Assembly: GCA_050175015.1 (NCBI GenBank)
Contig: JBFXJJ010000003.1
Coordinates: forward strand, 128,001-192,000
Direction of reading: 5' to 3'
DNA from: Alphaproteobacteria bacterium
GTDB taxonomy: Bacteria > Pseudomonadota > Alphaproteobacteria > JBFXJJ01
DNA length: 64,000 nucleotides
Part shown: in pieces, positions 28,316 through 38,539 of the stretch
Layout of the letters: every line of letters begins with the position of its first letter
Numbering within the stretch: position 1 is the stretch's first letter
The notes under the pieces: generated by a model
Told to the model about the DNA's origin: nothing
Seen by the model: only the letters and a program-made list of their open reading frames with translations
The model's database searches: none
Made by a program: the position numbers and the translations under genes

Positions 28316-29725
28316 ATGTTTAGTAATCTGGCAAATAAATTAGGAGACATTTTTTCTCGTCTTGGTGGACGTGCCGTAATATCTGAGAAAGATTTTGACG
28401 AGGTGATGCGTGAAATCAGAGTCGCTCTGATTGAAGCTGATGTTGCCCTTCCTGTTTTGCGTGATTTTATCGAAAAAATTAAAGCTAAAGCTATTGGCTC
28501 TAATGTTATTCGTTCGGTTTCTCCTGCTCAGCAAATTATCAAAATTGTAAATGATGGTTTAGTTGAGATGCTGGGAGATGAAGATGCCAGCCTTAAATAT
28601 AAGGGTATTCCATCAATCATTTTGATGGTTGGTCTTCAAGGTTCTGGTAAAACTACGACTTCAGGCAAAATAGCTTTAAGACTTACAAGCAAAGAAAAGA
28701 AAAAAGTTTTATTGGCATCTCTTGACGTTTATCGTCCAGCTGCGCAGGAACAATTGTTACAGGTTGGCAAGAGTGCAGGTTTAGATGTTCTGCCGATTGT
28801 CAAAGGTGAACAACCTCTTGATATTACCAAGAGAGCCTTAAAAGAAGCCAAGCTTGGCGGTTATGATGTTTTGATTCTTGATACCGCTGGTCGTACTCAT
28901 ATTGATGAAGATATGATGAGCGAAGCTTTGGCGGTTAAAAAACTTGCTGATCCTGCGGAAACTTTGCTGGTTGCTGATGCTATGACTGGTCAGGACGCAG
29001 TTAATCTTGCTCGTGAGTTTAACGAAAAAGTCGGGGTAACAGGTATTGTTCTGACAAGAATTGATGGTGATGCAAGAGGCGGCGCTGCTTTGTCTATGAA
29101 AGCTGTTGCGGGCTGTCCGATTAAGTTCCTTGGTGTGTCAGAGAAAATTGATGGCTTGGAACTTTTTGATGCCAAGAGAATAGCTGGTCGTATTTTAGGT
29201 ATGGGCGATGTTGTTTCTTTGGTGGAAACTGCGATTGAGAAAGTTGATCAAGAAGAAGCTGAAAAACTTGCTAAAAGAATGCTTGAGGGTCGATTTAATC
29301 TTCAAGATATGTTGTCTCAAATGCAGCAAATGAAAAAAATGGGCAGCGTTAAAGATTTGGTTGGAATGCTTCCTGGAATGGGTAAGTTTTCAGACAAGTT
29401 AGAAAATGCAGGTCTCAATGATAAAGCGATAAGACGCCAAGAGGCGATTATATTATCTATGACATTTAAGGAAAGACGTAATCCGGATTTAATAAAAGCG
29501 TCACGTAAAAAAAGAATTGCTGACGGAGCCGGGGTTTCCGTCAATGATGTTAACCGCTTGCTTAAACAATATTTGCAGATGGCAAATATGATGAAAAAGA
29601 TGAAACAAGGCAAAGGCCTGTTTGGAAGTTTAGGCAACGCTTTAAAGTTTCCCCAAGGACTGCCTGATATGAGCAGTTTATCTGATGGAAAGTTCCCAGT
29701 AGATTTGCTTGGGAAAAAATTTTGA
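28316..29725 (+). CDS. ffh: signal recognition particle protein
   Basis: GLQGSGKTT, DTAGR, DGDARGG, M domain (IILSMT..ER.NP). Confidence 0.98.
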   Translation: MFSNLANKLGDIFSRLGGRAVISEKDFDEVMREIRVALIEADVALPVLRDFIEKIKAKAIGSNVIRSVSPAQQIIKIVNDGLVEMLGDEDASLKYKGIPSIILMVGLQGSGKTTTSGKIALRLTSKEKKKVLLASLDVYRPAAQEQLLQVGKSAGLDVLPIVKGEQPLDITKRALKEAKLGGYDVLILDTAGRTHIDEDMMSEALAVKKLADPAETLLVADAMTGQDAVNLAREFNEKVGVTGIVLTRIDGDARGGAALSMKAVAGCPIKFLGVSEKIDGLELFDAKRIAGRILGMGDVVSLVETAIEKVDQEEAEKLAKRMLEGRFNLQDMLSQMQQMKKMGSVKDLVGMLPGMGKFSDKLENAGLNDKAIRRQEAIILSMTFKERRNPDLIKASRKKRIADGAGVSVNDVNRLLKQYLQMANMMKKMKQGKGLFGSLGNALKFPQGLPDMSSLSDGKFPVDLLGKKF

Positions 29726-29756
29726 TTTAATTGTTTTTTAAGGAGATTAAAAAAAT

Positions 29757-30146
29757 ATGGCTGTAAGAATTAGATTATCAAGAGGCGGTTCTAAGAAACG
29801 TCCTTTTTATAAAATTGTAGTTGCTGATCAAAGAGCTCCAAGAGACGGACGTTTTATTGAAAGAGTTGGAAGTTATAATCCTCTTCTTCCTAGAGAACAC
29901 GCCGATCGTCTTGTTTTAGTTGAAGACCGTATTAAACATTGGCTCAGCGTTGGCAGCCTTCCTACCGATAGAGTAGCAAGACTTCTTAACGAAAAAGGTT
30001 TATATGGAAAACCTGCTGTTAATGAACAAACTAAAAAAAGTCAGCCAAGACCTAAGACTGTTGAAAAAATGAAGCAGAAAGAAGAAGCTTTAAAAGCAAA
30101 AGCTGAAGCCGAAGCTGCTGCAAAAGCTGAAGAAGCTACAGCTTAA
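29757..30146 (+). CDS. rpsP: 30S ribosomal protein S16
   Basis: [21 protein letters not shown]. Confidence 0.98.
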   Translation: MAVRIRLSRGGSKKRPFYKIVVADQRAPRDGRFIERVGSYNPLLPREHADRLVLVEDRIKHWLSVGSLPTDRVARLLNEKGLYGKPAVNEQTKKSQPRPKTVEKMKQKEEALKAKAEAEAAAKAEEATA

Positions 30147-30176
30147 GGTAATTGTTTGAAAAGGTTTGCGTTGTTG

Positions 30177-30686
30177 ATGGATAAAGAAAAAAGAGTGTGT
30201 GTGGGAGTTATTACAGGCGCTCACGGCGTTAAAGGGCAAGTTAAAATTAAAAGCTTTACCGCTAATCCTGAAGATATTGCAGCCTATGGTGTTTTAGAAG
30301 ATGATTCTGGAATAAAAAAGTTTAATGTTCGAATTTTAGGCGAGGGCAAAGATTTTTTAAGAGCGGAAATAAAAGGGGTTTCAGACCGTAATGAAGCAGA
30401 GCTTTTAAGGGGCGTAAATCTTTTTGTTAGCCGTGAAAAACTTCCCGAAACCGTAGAAGAAGAATATTATCACACAGATCTAATTGGTTTAGATGTCTTT
30501 AATAATGAGGGTGTTTTGATTGGCAGTGTTGCCGCAATTTATGACTTTGGAGCAGGAGATGTTCTGGAAATAAAATCGTTGGACAACAAGTTAAATATGC
30601 TTCCTTTTACTAAAGAGATTGTTCCAATAGTTGATATTAAAAACCATAAAGTGGTTGTTAATGAAATTATTGAGAGCCAAGAATAA
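30177..30686 (+). CDS. rimM: ribosome maturation factor RimM
   Basis: GAHGVKG, EYYHTDLIG, GAGDVLEI. Confidence 0.96.
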   Translation: MDKEKRVCVGVITGAHGVKGQVKIKSFTANPEDIAAYGVLEDDSGIKKFNVRILGEGKDFLRAEIKGVSDRNEAELLRGVNLFVSREKLPETVEEEYYHTDLIGLDVFNNEGVLIGSVAAIYDFGAGDVLEIKSLDNKLNMLPFTKEIVPIVDIKNHKVVVNEIIESQE

Positions 30687-30713
30687 CAGATTGTATGGAA
30701 ACAAAGAATTAAT

Positions 30714-31451
30714 ATGGAGGATTTTGAAAGCAGCAATAGTCTTGAAGAAGAAACTCTCTGGAAAGCAAAAATACTTACAATTTTTCCAGAAATGTTTCCA
30801 GGTTTTTTAGGGCAGTCTCTCGCAGGTAAAGCCCTTGATAAAAAAATTTGGGAATTAGAGGTTTTTAACATCAGAGACTATACTTTTGATAAACACCGTT
30901 CTGTTGATGATGTGCCTTTTGGCGGCGGAGCGGGAATGCTTATGAAACCAGAGGTTTTGGATAGTGCGTTATCAAAAGTCTATCATAATGACGGTCCTTT
31001 GATTTATATGTCACCTCGTGGCAAAGTTTTAAGTCAGGAAAGAGTTGTTGAGCTTTCAAAAGAAAAAAATATTACAGTCCTTTGTGGAAGATTTGAAGGT
31101 GTTGATGAACGTATTCTGGAAAAGTATGATTTTGAAGAGGTAAGCGTTGGAGATTTTGTTTTATCAGGAGGTGAACCAGCCGCTTTAGTTATGATTGATG
31201 CTGTTGTGAGGCTGCTTCCAGGCGTTATGGGCAAGGAAGAATCTTTTTTAGAAGAAAGCTTTGCGAAAGGATTGTTAGAATATCCGCAGTATACAAGACC
31301 TGCAAACTGGGAAGGACGAGAAGTTCCAGAGGTTTTGATTTCAGGTCATCATAAGAAAATAAGCGAATGGCAGAAACAAAAGGCTATCGAAATTACCAAA
31401 GAAAGACGTCCCGATTTATGGGAAAAATATTTAACTAAAACACAGGAATAA
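30714..31451 (+). CDS. trmD: tRNA (guanine-N1)-methyltransferase
   Basis: [40 protein letters not shown]. Confidence 0.98.
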   Translation: MEDFESSNSLEEETLWKAKILTIFPEMFPGFLGQSLAGKALDKKIWELEVFNIRDYTFDKHRSVDDVPFGGGAGMLMKPEVLDSALSKVYHNDGPLIYMSPRGKVLSQERVVELSKEKNITVLCGRFEGVDERILEKYDFEEVSVGDFVLSGGEPAALVMIDAVVRLLPGVMGKEESFLEESFAKGLLEYPQYTRPANWEGREVPEVLISGHHKKISEWQKQKAIEITKERRPDLWEKYLTKTQE

Positions 31452-31497
31452 GATTTAATTGTGAAAGCTTGTTTAAATTAAGAAAGGGTTTTAAAAA

Positions 31498-31899
31498 ATG
31501 AGCAATTTAATAAATGAAATTGAAAAAGAGCAAATGTCAAACTTGCTTAAAGAAAAAGAACTTCCAGAATTCAAAGCTGGCGATTCTCTTAAAGTTCACA
31601 CCAAAGTTGTTGAAGGTGACAGAACCAGAATTCAGATTTACGAAGGTGTTTGCATTGCTCGCAGAAATGACGGCTTAAATTCTTCTTTTACCGTTCGTAA
31701 AATTTCTTTTGGTGAAGGCGTAGAAAGAGTATTTCCTCTCTATTCTCCAAATGTTGCTAAAATTGAAGTTGCTAAAATTGGTAAAGTTCGTCGTTCAAAA
31801 CTTTACTATTTGCGCAATTTAAGAGGTAAAGCTGCACGTATTGCAGAAGATGTTATAGCTGTTCAAAAAGCTAAAGATGCAGCATCTGCTGAAAAATAG
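31498..31899 (+). CDS. rplS: 50S ribosomal protein L19
   Basis: [31 protein letters not shown]. Confidence 0.98.
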   Translation: MSNLINEIEKEQMSNLLKEKELPEFKAGDSLKVHTKVVEGDRTRIQIYEGVCIARRNDGLNSSFTVRKISFGEGVERVFPLYSPNVAKIEVAKIGKVRRSKLYYLRNLRGKAARIAEDVIAVQKAKDAASAEK

Positions 31900-31930
31900 T
31901 CTTTAAAAAGCTTAACATTCGAATACAGAG

Positions 31931-31970
31931 TTATAGCACTTCAAGGTATCTAAGCTTTGCGGTGCTATAA
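31931..31970 (+). terminator. possible terminator hairpin after rplS
   Basis: TTATAGCAC...GTGCTATAA followed by a T-rich tract. Confidence 0.45.
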
Positions 31971-32001
31971 TGTTTTCTCTTTTATAAAAATAGGTTTTAT
32001 A

Positions 32002-33027
32002 ATGAAATATAATGTCGCAGTAGTTGGCGCTACAGGTAATGTTGGTCGTGAAATGCTTTCCATTCTTGCTGAGCGTAATTTTCCAGTAGGCAAGGTTTAT
32101 GCCTTAGCTTCAGATAGATCCATTGGCAAAGAGGTTTCTTTTGGCGAAGATGACACATTAAGCGTGGATAATTTAAAGGGGTTTGATTTTTCCAAAGTTG
32201 ATATTGTTTTATCTTCTGCTGGGGCAAAAGTTTCAAAAGATTTTGCTCCTAAAGCGGCTGCAGCTGGTGCGGTGGTTATTGATAATACTTCTGAATTCAG
32301 AATGGATTCCGATGTTCCTTTAGTGGTGCCTGAAGTTAATCCTGAAGCAATAGCTGGCTATAAAAAGAGGAATATTATTGCTAATCCTAACTGTTCTACA
32401 ATCCAGATGGTTGTTGCTTTAAAACCATTACACAAAGCTTATGATATTAAAAGGGTTGTTGTTTCTACTTATCAATCAGTATCAGGTGCAGGCAAAGATG
32501 CTATGGACGAGCTTTTTGAGCAAACGAGAGGCATTTATGTTAATGATCCTATAGATAACAACAAAAAAGTTTTCACTAAGCAGATAGCTTTTAACGCGAT
32601 TCCTCACATTGACGTCTTTTTAGATGATGGTTCAACTAAAGAAGAATGGAAAATGGCAGTAGAAACTAAAAAAATCTTAGATTCTAAGATAGAAGTCCAT
32701 GCTAACTGCGCTAGAATTCCTTGTTTTATTGGTCACGCTGAATACGTAAATATTGAAACTAAAAAGGAAATAAACATTAACGAAGCTAAGAAACTTATGG
32801 AAAAGGCTGAAGGTGTCGTTGTTTTTGATAAGAATGTTGATGAGGGATATGTGACACCAGCTGAAGTTTCTGGTGAAGATGCCGTTTATGTTTCTCGTAT
32901 CAGAAAAGATAATACTGTAAAGAACGGTTTGAGTTTCTGGTGTGTTGCTGATAATCTACGTAAAGGCGCAGCTCTCAACGCTGTTCAGATTGCAGAAGTC
33001 TTGATTAGAGATTACCTTAAAAAATAA
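32002..33027 (+). CDS. asd: aspartate-semialdehyde dehydrogenase
   Basis: GATGNVG, ANPNCST, TYQSVSGAG, DNLRKGAALN. Confidence 0.97.
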   Translation: MKYNVAVVGATGNVGREMLSILAERNFPVGKVYALASDRSIGKEVSFGEDDTLSVDNLKGFDFSKVDIVLSSAGAKVSKDFAPKAAAAGAVVIDNTSEFRMDSDVPLVVPEVNPEAIAGYKKRNIIANPNCSTIQMVVALKPLHKAYDIKRVVVSTYQSVSGAGKDAMDELFEQTRGIYVNDPIDNNKKVFTKQIAFNAIPHIDVFLDDGSTKEEWKMAVETKKILDSKIEVHANCARIPCFIGHAEYVNIETKKEININEAKKLMEKAEGVVVFDKNVDEGYVTPAEVSGEDAVYVSRIRKDNTVKNGLSFWCVADNLRKGAALNAVQIAEVLIRDYLKK

Positions 33028-33043
33028 AATGGATTAACATTAT

Positions 33044-33089
33044 AAAAAAGCTCTAATTTAACATTGATTGTTTACTTAGAGCTTTTTTT
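33044..33089. terminator. bidirectional intrinsic terminator
   Basis: AAAAAAGCTCTAA...TTAGAGCTTTTTTT. Confidence 0.7.
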
Positions 33090-33289
33090 ATGTGTTTTTT
33101 ATAAAGATACAATATTTTGTTGTTTGTTATTATATCGTTTATTTGAAAGCTATAGCTAAAAGATATAAATTTGTCTCAATTACTAAATTTATGTTTTAAA
33201 TAAACTTTTTATACTATGGTTTGTTATCTTAATAGTTGTAATTTGTAAAAAATTGTTTTATCAGTATAGAAAAGAAAGAAGCATAAAAG

Positions 33290-33835
33290 TCAAGATTTGT
33301 TTGCTTTTAGAAGTTCTGCAATCTGTTCAGGGGTCATAACGCCAGCTTTTTTGCGGCGTTCAATCCCTTTATATGAAGGGTCATCTCTTCTTCTCCGATC
33401 TGGGCCAAAGTAGTCGGGGGTCTCAATAAAAGTTCTAGGTTTTTCCAAGACATGATGGATTTTTGTTAAAATGTTTTTGGTAGAAAAAGGTATTACAACA
33501 AGTTCATTAATGCCCGCATCTACAGCTGTTTTAACTTGTTCTTTGCAAGAAAATTCATTTGCCATGATAATTGGCAGATACCGAGCAGGATTTTGGGGAT
33601 TAGAGCGTATTGAACGGCAGAAATCAACCCCGCTTAATGGGCGGAAATTCCAAGAAATAATCATAATGTCAGGAAGATGAAGCGCAAGTTCATTTAAAGC
33701 TTTTTTGGAATCTTCAGCATCGGTAATGTTTTCAATTCCTTCTGCAGTTAGAGCCACTCTAACCATAGAAATAAAGTGCTTTGAATCACTTGCGACTAAA
33801 ATTTTTAAATCTTCATTTTTATGTTTCTTATGCAT
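33290..33835 (-). CDS. CheY-like pseudo-receiver with Cle-type Arg-rich motif
   Basis: Receiver fold; PDIMIISW (Asp->Ser); YFGPDRRRR...YKGIERR. Confidence 0.8.
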   Translation of the reverse strand: MHKKHKNEDLKILVASDSKHFISMVRVALTAEGIENITDAEDSKKALNELALHLPDIMIISWNFRPLSGVDFCRSIRSNPQNPARYLPIIMANEFSCKEQVKTAVDAGINELVVIPFSTKNILTKIHHVLEKPRTFIETPDYFGPDRRRRDDPSYKGIERRKKAGVMTPEQIAELLKANKS

Positions 33836-33920
33836 ACCACAATTTTATAACAAAAACATTTAAAGACCAATTATTTGTTAAAGTTATTAAACGATTTTTG
33901 TAAAAAAAGTGTAATAATAA

Positions 33921-33948
33921 AACGGCAATTCTATCAAGAGTTGCCGTT
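33921..33948 (-). terminator. intrinsic terminator
   Basis: AACGGCAATTC...GAGTTGCCGTT with T tract on the minus strand. Confidence 0.65.
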
Positions 33949-33981
33949 AAAAATAAATTCTAAGAAAAATTATAAAGTTTG

Positions 33982-34515
33982 TTAGCTTTTGTTAAGAAGG
34001 CTAGCTATTTGTTCTGCTGTGATTGTTTTTTTTCCGCCCCGTCTTTCTGGACCAGGATAATCAGCAAATTGTCTCCGCCTTCTGTCTGGGCCAAAAAAGG
34101 TTTTGGTTTTTACAAAAGGTCTTGGATTTTCGATTATAGTTTGAATTCTAGAAAGAAGAGCTTTGGTAGAGAAAGGCCTAACCAAAAATTCATTAATGCC
34201 AGCATCACGAGCTTTAAAAACTTGCTCTTTGCTGGTTGCTTCGGAAGACATAATAATCGGGAGGTATGGACTTGGACTTTTCTGACTTTTTCTAATATAG
34301 TTTACGAGTTCGATTCCGCCTTTTGGGGCTAAATCCCAAGACAAAATGAGAATATCAGGCAATTTTAGCTGCATAGCTTGAATAACATCTTCGCAGGTTT
34401 TGCATTCATAAACATCAGAAACACTAATATCAGAAAGTGCTTGGCGTGTAATCCGCCTCATGTTGTAGTTATTGTCAGCGACAATAACATGTAAATTATC
34501 AATATTTGCGCTCAT
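33982..34515 (-). CDS. CheY-like pseudo-receiver with Cle-type Arg-rich motif (paralog)
   Basis: PDILILSW; FFGPDRRRR...YPGPERR; shares T.EQIA.LL tail with neighbour. Confidence 0.8.
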   Translation of the reverse strand: MSANIDNLHVIVADNNYNMRRITRQALSDISVSDVYECKTCEDVIQAMQLKLPDILILSWDLAPKGGIELVNYIRKSQKSPSPYLPIIMSSEATSKEQVFKARDAGINEFLVRPFSTKALLSRIQTIIENPRPFVKTKTFFGPDRRRRQFADYPGPERRGGKKTITAEQIASLLNKS

Positions 34516-34662
34516 TATTAAACCTAAAAAAATAAAAACACTAAATTATGTATAAAGTTTTAAATTAAGAATATTTGTTTATTATTTTTTATTATTTGGC
34601 TATTTTAATAATATAAAAATCAATTTTCAAGATATTTTATCACAACTACTAGCGAAATATTG

Positions 34663-34693
34663 TGCAAGAAGCACTAAATATACGCTTCTTGCA
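34663..34693 (-). terminator. hairpin at end of purine-catabolism cluster
   Basis: TGCAAGAAGC...GCTTCTTGCA. Confidence 0.55.
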
Positions 34694-34741
34694 ACTAAAG
34701 ACAACTTAAGGTAGATTGGTATTAATGTTATATAAAAATTA

Positions 34742-37090
34742 TTACTTTCTTATAACATTTTCTTTCATTCTTGTAATTGCTGCCAGAATTTTTTCTGGGG
34801 TTGCTGGCGGTTCAATCTCTGCTCTGAATTTATAATCACCAATACTGGCGATAGCGTCAGCAATTGCAAGCCAAACAGATATAGCCTGCATTATTGGTGG
34901 TTCGCCCGTTGCTTTTGAATGAAATATTGTGTCTTCTTTATTAGGTGAATTTTCTAAAAGTCTGACATTAAATTCTTTTGGAATATCACGGCTTACAGGA
35001 ATTTTATAAGTTGACGGTGCGTGGGTTCTCAGGCGTCCTTCTTTGTCCCACCACAGTTCTTCCATAGTCATCCAGCCTAAACCTTGGACATATCCGCCTT
35101 CGACCTGCCCGAAATCAATCGCTGGGTTAAGAGAGTCGCCGCAATCGTGTAGAATATCCGCTCTTAAAACTCTGGTCTCGCCAGTCAGGGTATCTATCGC
35201 AACTTCGGTGGCGCAGGTGCCATATGTAAAGTAATAAAAGGGGTGTCCTTGCATTTTTACGGGGTCGAAATAAATTTTAGGAGTTTTATAAAAGCCGTTT
35301 GACGACATAGAAACACGGTTCATATAACAAAGATTAGTAAATTCATTAAATGACATTACCGTATCTGCCGCTAAAACCTGATTGTTTTTGAAAACAATCT
35401 TTTCTGTTTTGAAATGCTCTTTTGCAAAATCAATCATTTTGGTTTTTATTTTATACGCAGCATCTTTTATCGCCATACCATTCATATCGGCATCGGAAGA
35501 AGCTGCCGTTGCTGAGGTGTTAGGAACTTTATCGGTTCTGGTGGCATTTATTCTGATGTTTTCAATATCTACCTGAAAAATCTCGGCAACAACCTGCATC
35601 ATTTTCACTAAAAGACCTTGCCCCATTTCGGCGCCAGCTTGGTTAATTAGAATGCTGCCATCACGGTAAACGTGGATTAAGGCGCCAGCTTGATTCAAGA
35701 AAACCGCATTAAAAGAGATGCCGAATTTTAATGGGAATAAGGCTAAGCCTTTTTTGATAATGTCATTTTTAGCATTAAACTCTTTAATTTCCTGACGTCT
35801 TTTAACGATTTCGGCGGTTTTTTCAATATCTTCGAAAACTTCGCTGATAATATTATCGGTAATCTTTTGCCCGTAAGGAGTTACGTTGCGTTCTTCTTTG
35901 CCATAAAAGTTAGCTTTGCGGATTAAGATTGGGTCTTTTTTCAAATAAGAAGCAATGTGTTCTAAGCAGGCTTCAATTCCAATCATTCCTTGCGGGCCGC
36001 CAAAACCACGAAAAGCCGTGTTTGAAACGGTGTTGGTTTTGCATAAGAAGCCTTGCACTCTTACATCTGGCAGATAATAACAGTTATCAGAGTGGCACAA
36101 AGCACGCTGGACAACAGGGGGAGACATATCGGCAACAATGCCCGATTTGGCAGCATAAATTAAATCAATGCCTTCAATCCGTCCATTGTCATCAAAGCCG
36201 ACATCATATTTGACGAGGAAGTCGTGGCGTTTACCTGTAATAACCATATCATCATCACGGTTAAGACGCATTTTAACAGGCTTTTTGGTTTTCCAAGCAA
36301 GCAGAGCCGCAAAGGCTGCAAAAATGGTCGGCTGGCTTTCTTTGCCGCCAAAACCGCCACCCATACGGCGCATTTCAACGGTTATATGATTTTGAGGCAG
36401 ACCTAAAACGTGCGAGACTCCCATCTGAGCTTCGGTTGGGTGCTGCGTTGAAATATAGATAATAAAGGTTCCATCTTCCAAAGGCGCCGCTACAGAAATT
36501 TGGGTTTCTAGATAAAAGTGGTCTTGTCCGCCGATTTGAATTTGACCTTGGATACGGTTTTTTGCTTTTTCTAATGCCTTTTCATAATCGCCTCTAGCCA
36601 TTACTTGCGGCTTGGTCAAAAAACTTTCTTTCTTTAAAGCATCTTCAATAGTTAAGATAGGTTCTAGAACTTCATAATCAACTTTAATTAGTTTGCTGGC
36701 TTCTTTTGCAGCTTTAATGGTGTTGGCAGCAATAATTGCTACGGGGTGTCCAACATATTCGGCATAATCTTCTGCTAGGGCAGGTTCATTTTTAAGAATA
36801 GGACCAATATCGTTAACCCCAGGAATATCTTTAGCCGTCATAACAGCTTTTACGCCGTTTACTTTTAAAGCTTCCGAATAATCAATATTTTTGATTTTTG
36901 CATAAGCATAAGGACTTTGAAGAATATAACCTTGCAGGGTGTTAGGAAGCTCAGGCATATCGTCAACATAAATCGCTTCTCCCGTAACGTGAAGGTGAGC
37001 GCTTTCGTGAGCAACAGACTTATGAACGCCTCCGCTAATTTCAGATTTTAATTTATAGTCTTTATTTGCGTCTGATTTCATAATTCCCAT
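34742..37090 (-). CDS. xdhB: xanthine dehydrogenase molybdopterin-binding subunit
   Basis: HESAHLHVTGEA, RMGGGFGGKESQ, TAFRGFGGPQG, PNTSATAAS, SKATGEPP. Confidence 0.95.
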   Translation of the reverse strand: MGIMKSDANKDYKLKSEISGGVHKSVAHESAHLHVTGEAIYVDDMPELPNTLQGYILQSPYAYAKIKNIDYSEALKVNGVKAVMTAKDIPGVNDIGPILKNEPALAEDYAEYVGHPVAIIAANTIKAAKEASKLIKVDYEVLEPILTIEDALKKESFLTKPQVMARGDYEKALEKAKNRIQGQIQIGGQDHFYLETQISVAAPLEDGTFIIYISTQHPTEAQMGVSHVLGLPQNHITVEMRRMGGGFGGKESQPTIFAAFAALLAWKTKKPVKMRLNRDDDMVITGKRHDFLVKYDVGFDDNGRIEGIDLIYAAKSGIVADMSPPVVQRALCHSDNCYYLPDVRVQGFLCKTNTVSNTAFRGFGGPQGMIGIEACLEHIASYLKKDPILIRKANFYGKEERNVTPYGQKITDNIISEVFEDIEKTAEIVKRRQEIKEFNAKNDIIKKGLALFPLKFGISFNAVFLNQAGALIHVYRDGSILINQAGAEMGQGLLVKMMQVVAEIFQVDIENIRINATRTDKVPNTSATAASSDADMNGMAIKDAAYKIKTKMIDFAKEHFKTEKIVFKNNQVLAADTVMSFNEFTNLCYMNRVSMSSNGFYKTPKIYFDPVKMQGHPFYYFTYGTCATEVAIDTLTGETRVLRADILHDCGDSLNPAIDFGQVEGGYVQGLGWMTMEELWWDKEGRLRTHAPSTYKIPVSRDIPKEFNVRLLENSPNKEDTIFHSKATGEPPIMQAISVWLAIADAIASIGDYKFRAEIEPPATPEKILAAITRMKENVIRK

Positions 37091-38529
37091 ACCTCCGTAA
37101 CTAATTCGGGTTTTGTAATTTGGGTATAAAGCCTTTCCAGCATATTCGCTGCAACGGTTGCTCGGTAATCGCCTGATGCTCTAAAGTCGCTTATGGGTTT
37201 AAAATCATCAGCAACGGCTTTTTTGGCATCTAAGAAAATGTCTTGGGTTACGTCTTTGCCATTAAGTGTTTTTTCAAGATTATAAGCAGGTTTGGGAATT
37301 TCAGCCATACCGCCAAAGCCCGTTGTAAAATAAACTATTTTATTATTTTCAATTTTAAAGAAGAAAGCTCCGCAAACAGAAGAAATGTCTTGGTCGTGGC
37401 GTTTGGTAACTTTATAAACTTTGAATTGGAAACCTTTTTTTGGAATGGGAATCTTTATACTTCTGATAAATTCGCCTTCTTGTAAGGCAGTTTTACGATA
37501 GCCTAAGAAAAATTCTTTAAGGGGAAGTTCTCTTGTTGCATCTTGCTTTTGTAAGTTTACGCTGGCTCCAAGAGCAATTAAAGATGGGGCAGAATCACCA
37601 ATAGGCGAAGCATTGCCGATGTTGCCGCCGATTGTTCCCAAATTGCGGATTTGGGTTGAACCTATTTTCCGTATTAATTTGCCATATTCGGGAATATATT
37701 TTTCAATTAAAGGCAGAGCCTTGACATAAGGAACGCTCGCACCAATTTCAATAAAATCAGAATTTTCGGTTAAAATATTGAGTTCGGGAATATCACAGGT
37801 GTGAATTACAACATCAAGTTTTCTATCTGCCTTAGTTACTAAAAGACCTAAATCAGTACCGCCTGCAAAAAGATAGGCACTGCTGTAATGATGATAAAGG
37901 GAACATAATTCTTTAAGGCTTTTAGGCGAAAAATAGGAAGTTTCATTATTGATTTCTAGGGTGTCTTGACGATTTCTAATCTGCTCAAACTTAGATAGAA
38001 GCTCGGCTTCATTACGGCTATACCAATCATCTTTTTTTCCACCAGTCCTTCTTGCAGCATCAATAATCGGGCGGTATCCAGTACAGCGGCATAAATTGCC
38101 CGCCAGCATTTCGTGGATCGTATCATCATCTTCATTACCTGTAACATCAGCGTGATACCACGCAAATAAAGACATTATGAAACCTGGGGTACAAAAACCA
38201 CATTGGCTGCCGTGTAGTTCATACATAGCTTGCTGCACAGGGTGAAGTTTGCCTTCTTTTGAAGCCAATCCCTCAACCGTTATCAGCATTTTGCCATCAA
38301 GCTTAGGAACAAAAATTATGCAGCTATTGACCGCCTTATATTCAATTTTTCCATTAACAGGTTCTGCTAGAACAACAGTGCAGGCACCGCAATCCCCTTC
38401 AGCACAACCTTCCTTGGTACCATTTAGATTTTGATTTTTGCGCAAATATTCTAAAACCGTCGTCGTTGGCGGAAGATTAGAAATTTCGGTAAGCTCACCA
38501 TTTAATAAAAATCTTATTTTATTTGTCAT
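37078..38529 (-). CDS. xdhA: xanthine dehydrogenase small (2Fe-2S/FAD) subunit
   Basis: GTKEGCAEGDCGAC, SQCGFCTPG, GNLCRCTGY, AGGTDL, NASPIGD. Confidence 0.95.
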   Translation of the reverse strand: MTNKIRFLLNGELTEISNLPPTTTVLEYLRKNQNLNGTKEGCAEGDCGACTVVLAEPVNGKIEYKAVNSCIIFVPKLDGKMLITVEGLASKEGKLHPVQQAMYELHGSQCGFCTPGFIMSLFAWYHADVTGNEDDDTIHEMLAGNLCRCTGYRPIIDAARRTGGKKDDWYSRNEAELLSKFEQIRNRQDTLEINNETSYFSPKSLKELCSLYHHYSSAYLFAGGTDLGLLVTKADRKLDVVIHTCDIPELNILTENSDFIEIGASVPYVKALPLIEKYIPEYGKLIRKIGSTQIRNLGTIGGNIGNASPIGDSAPSLIALGASVNLQKQDATRELPLKEFFLGYRKTALQEGEFIRSIKIPIPKKGFQFKVYKVTKRHDQDISSVCGAFFFKIENNKIVYFTTGFGGMAEIPKPAYNLEKTLNGKDVTQDIFLDAKKAVADDFKPISDFRASGDYRATVAANMLERLYTQITKPELVTEVWEL

Positions 38530-38539
38530 TTTTACTCCT

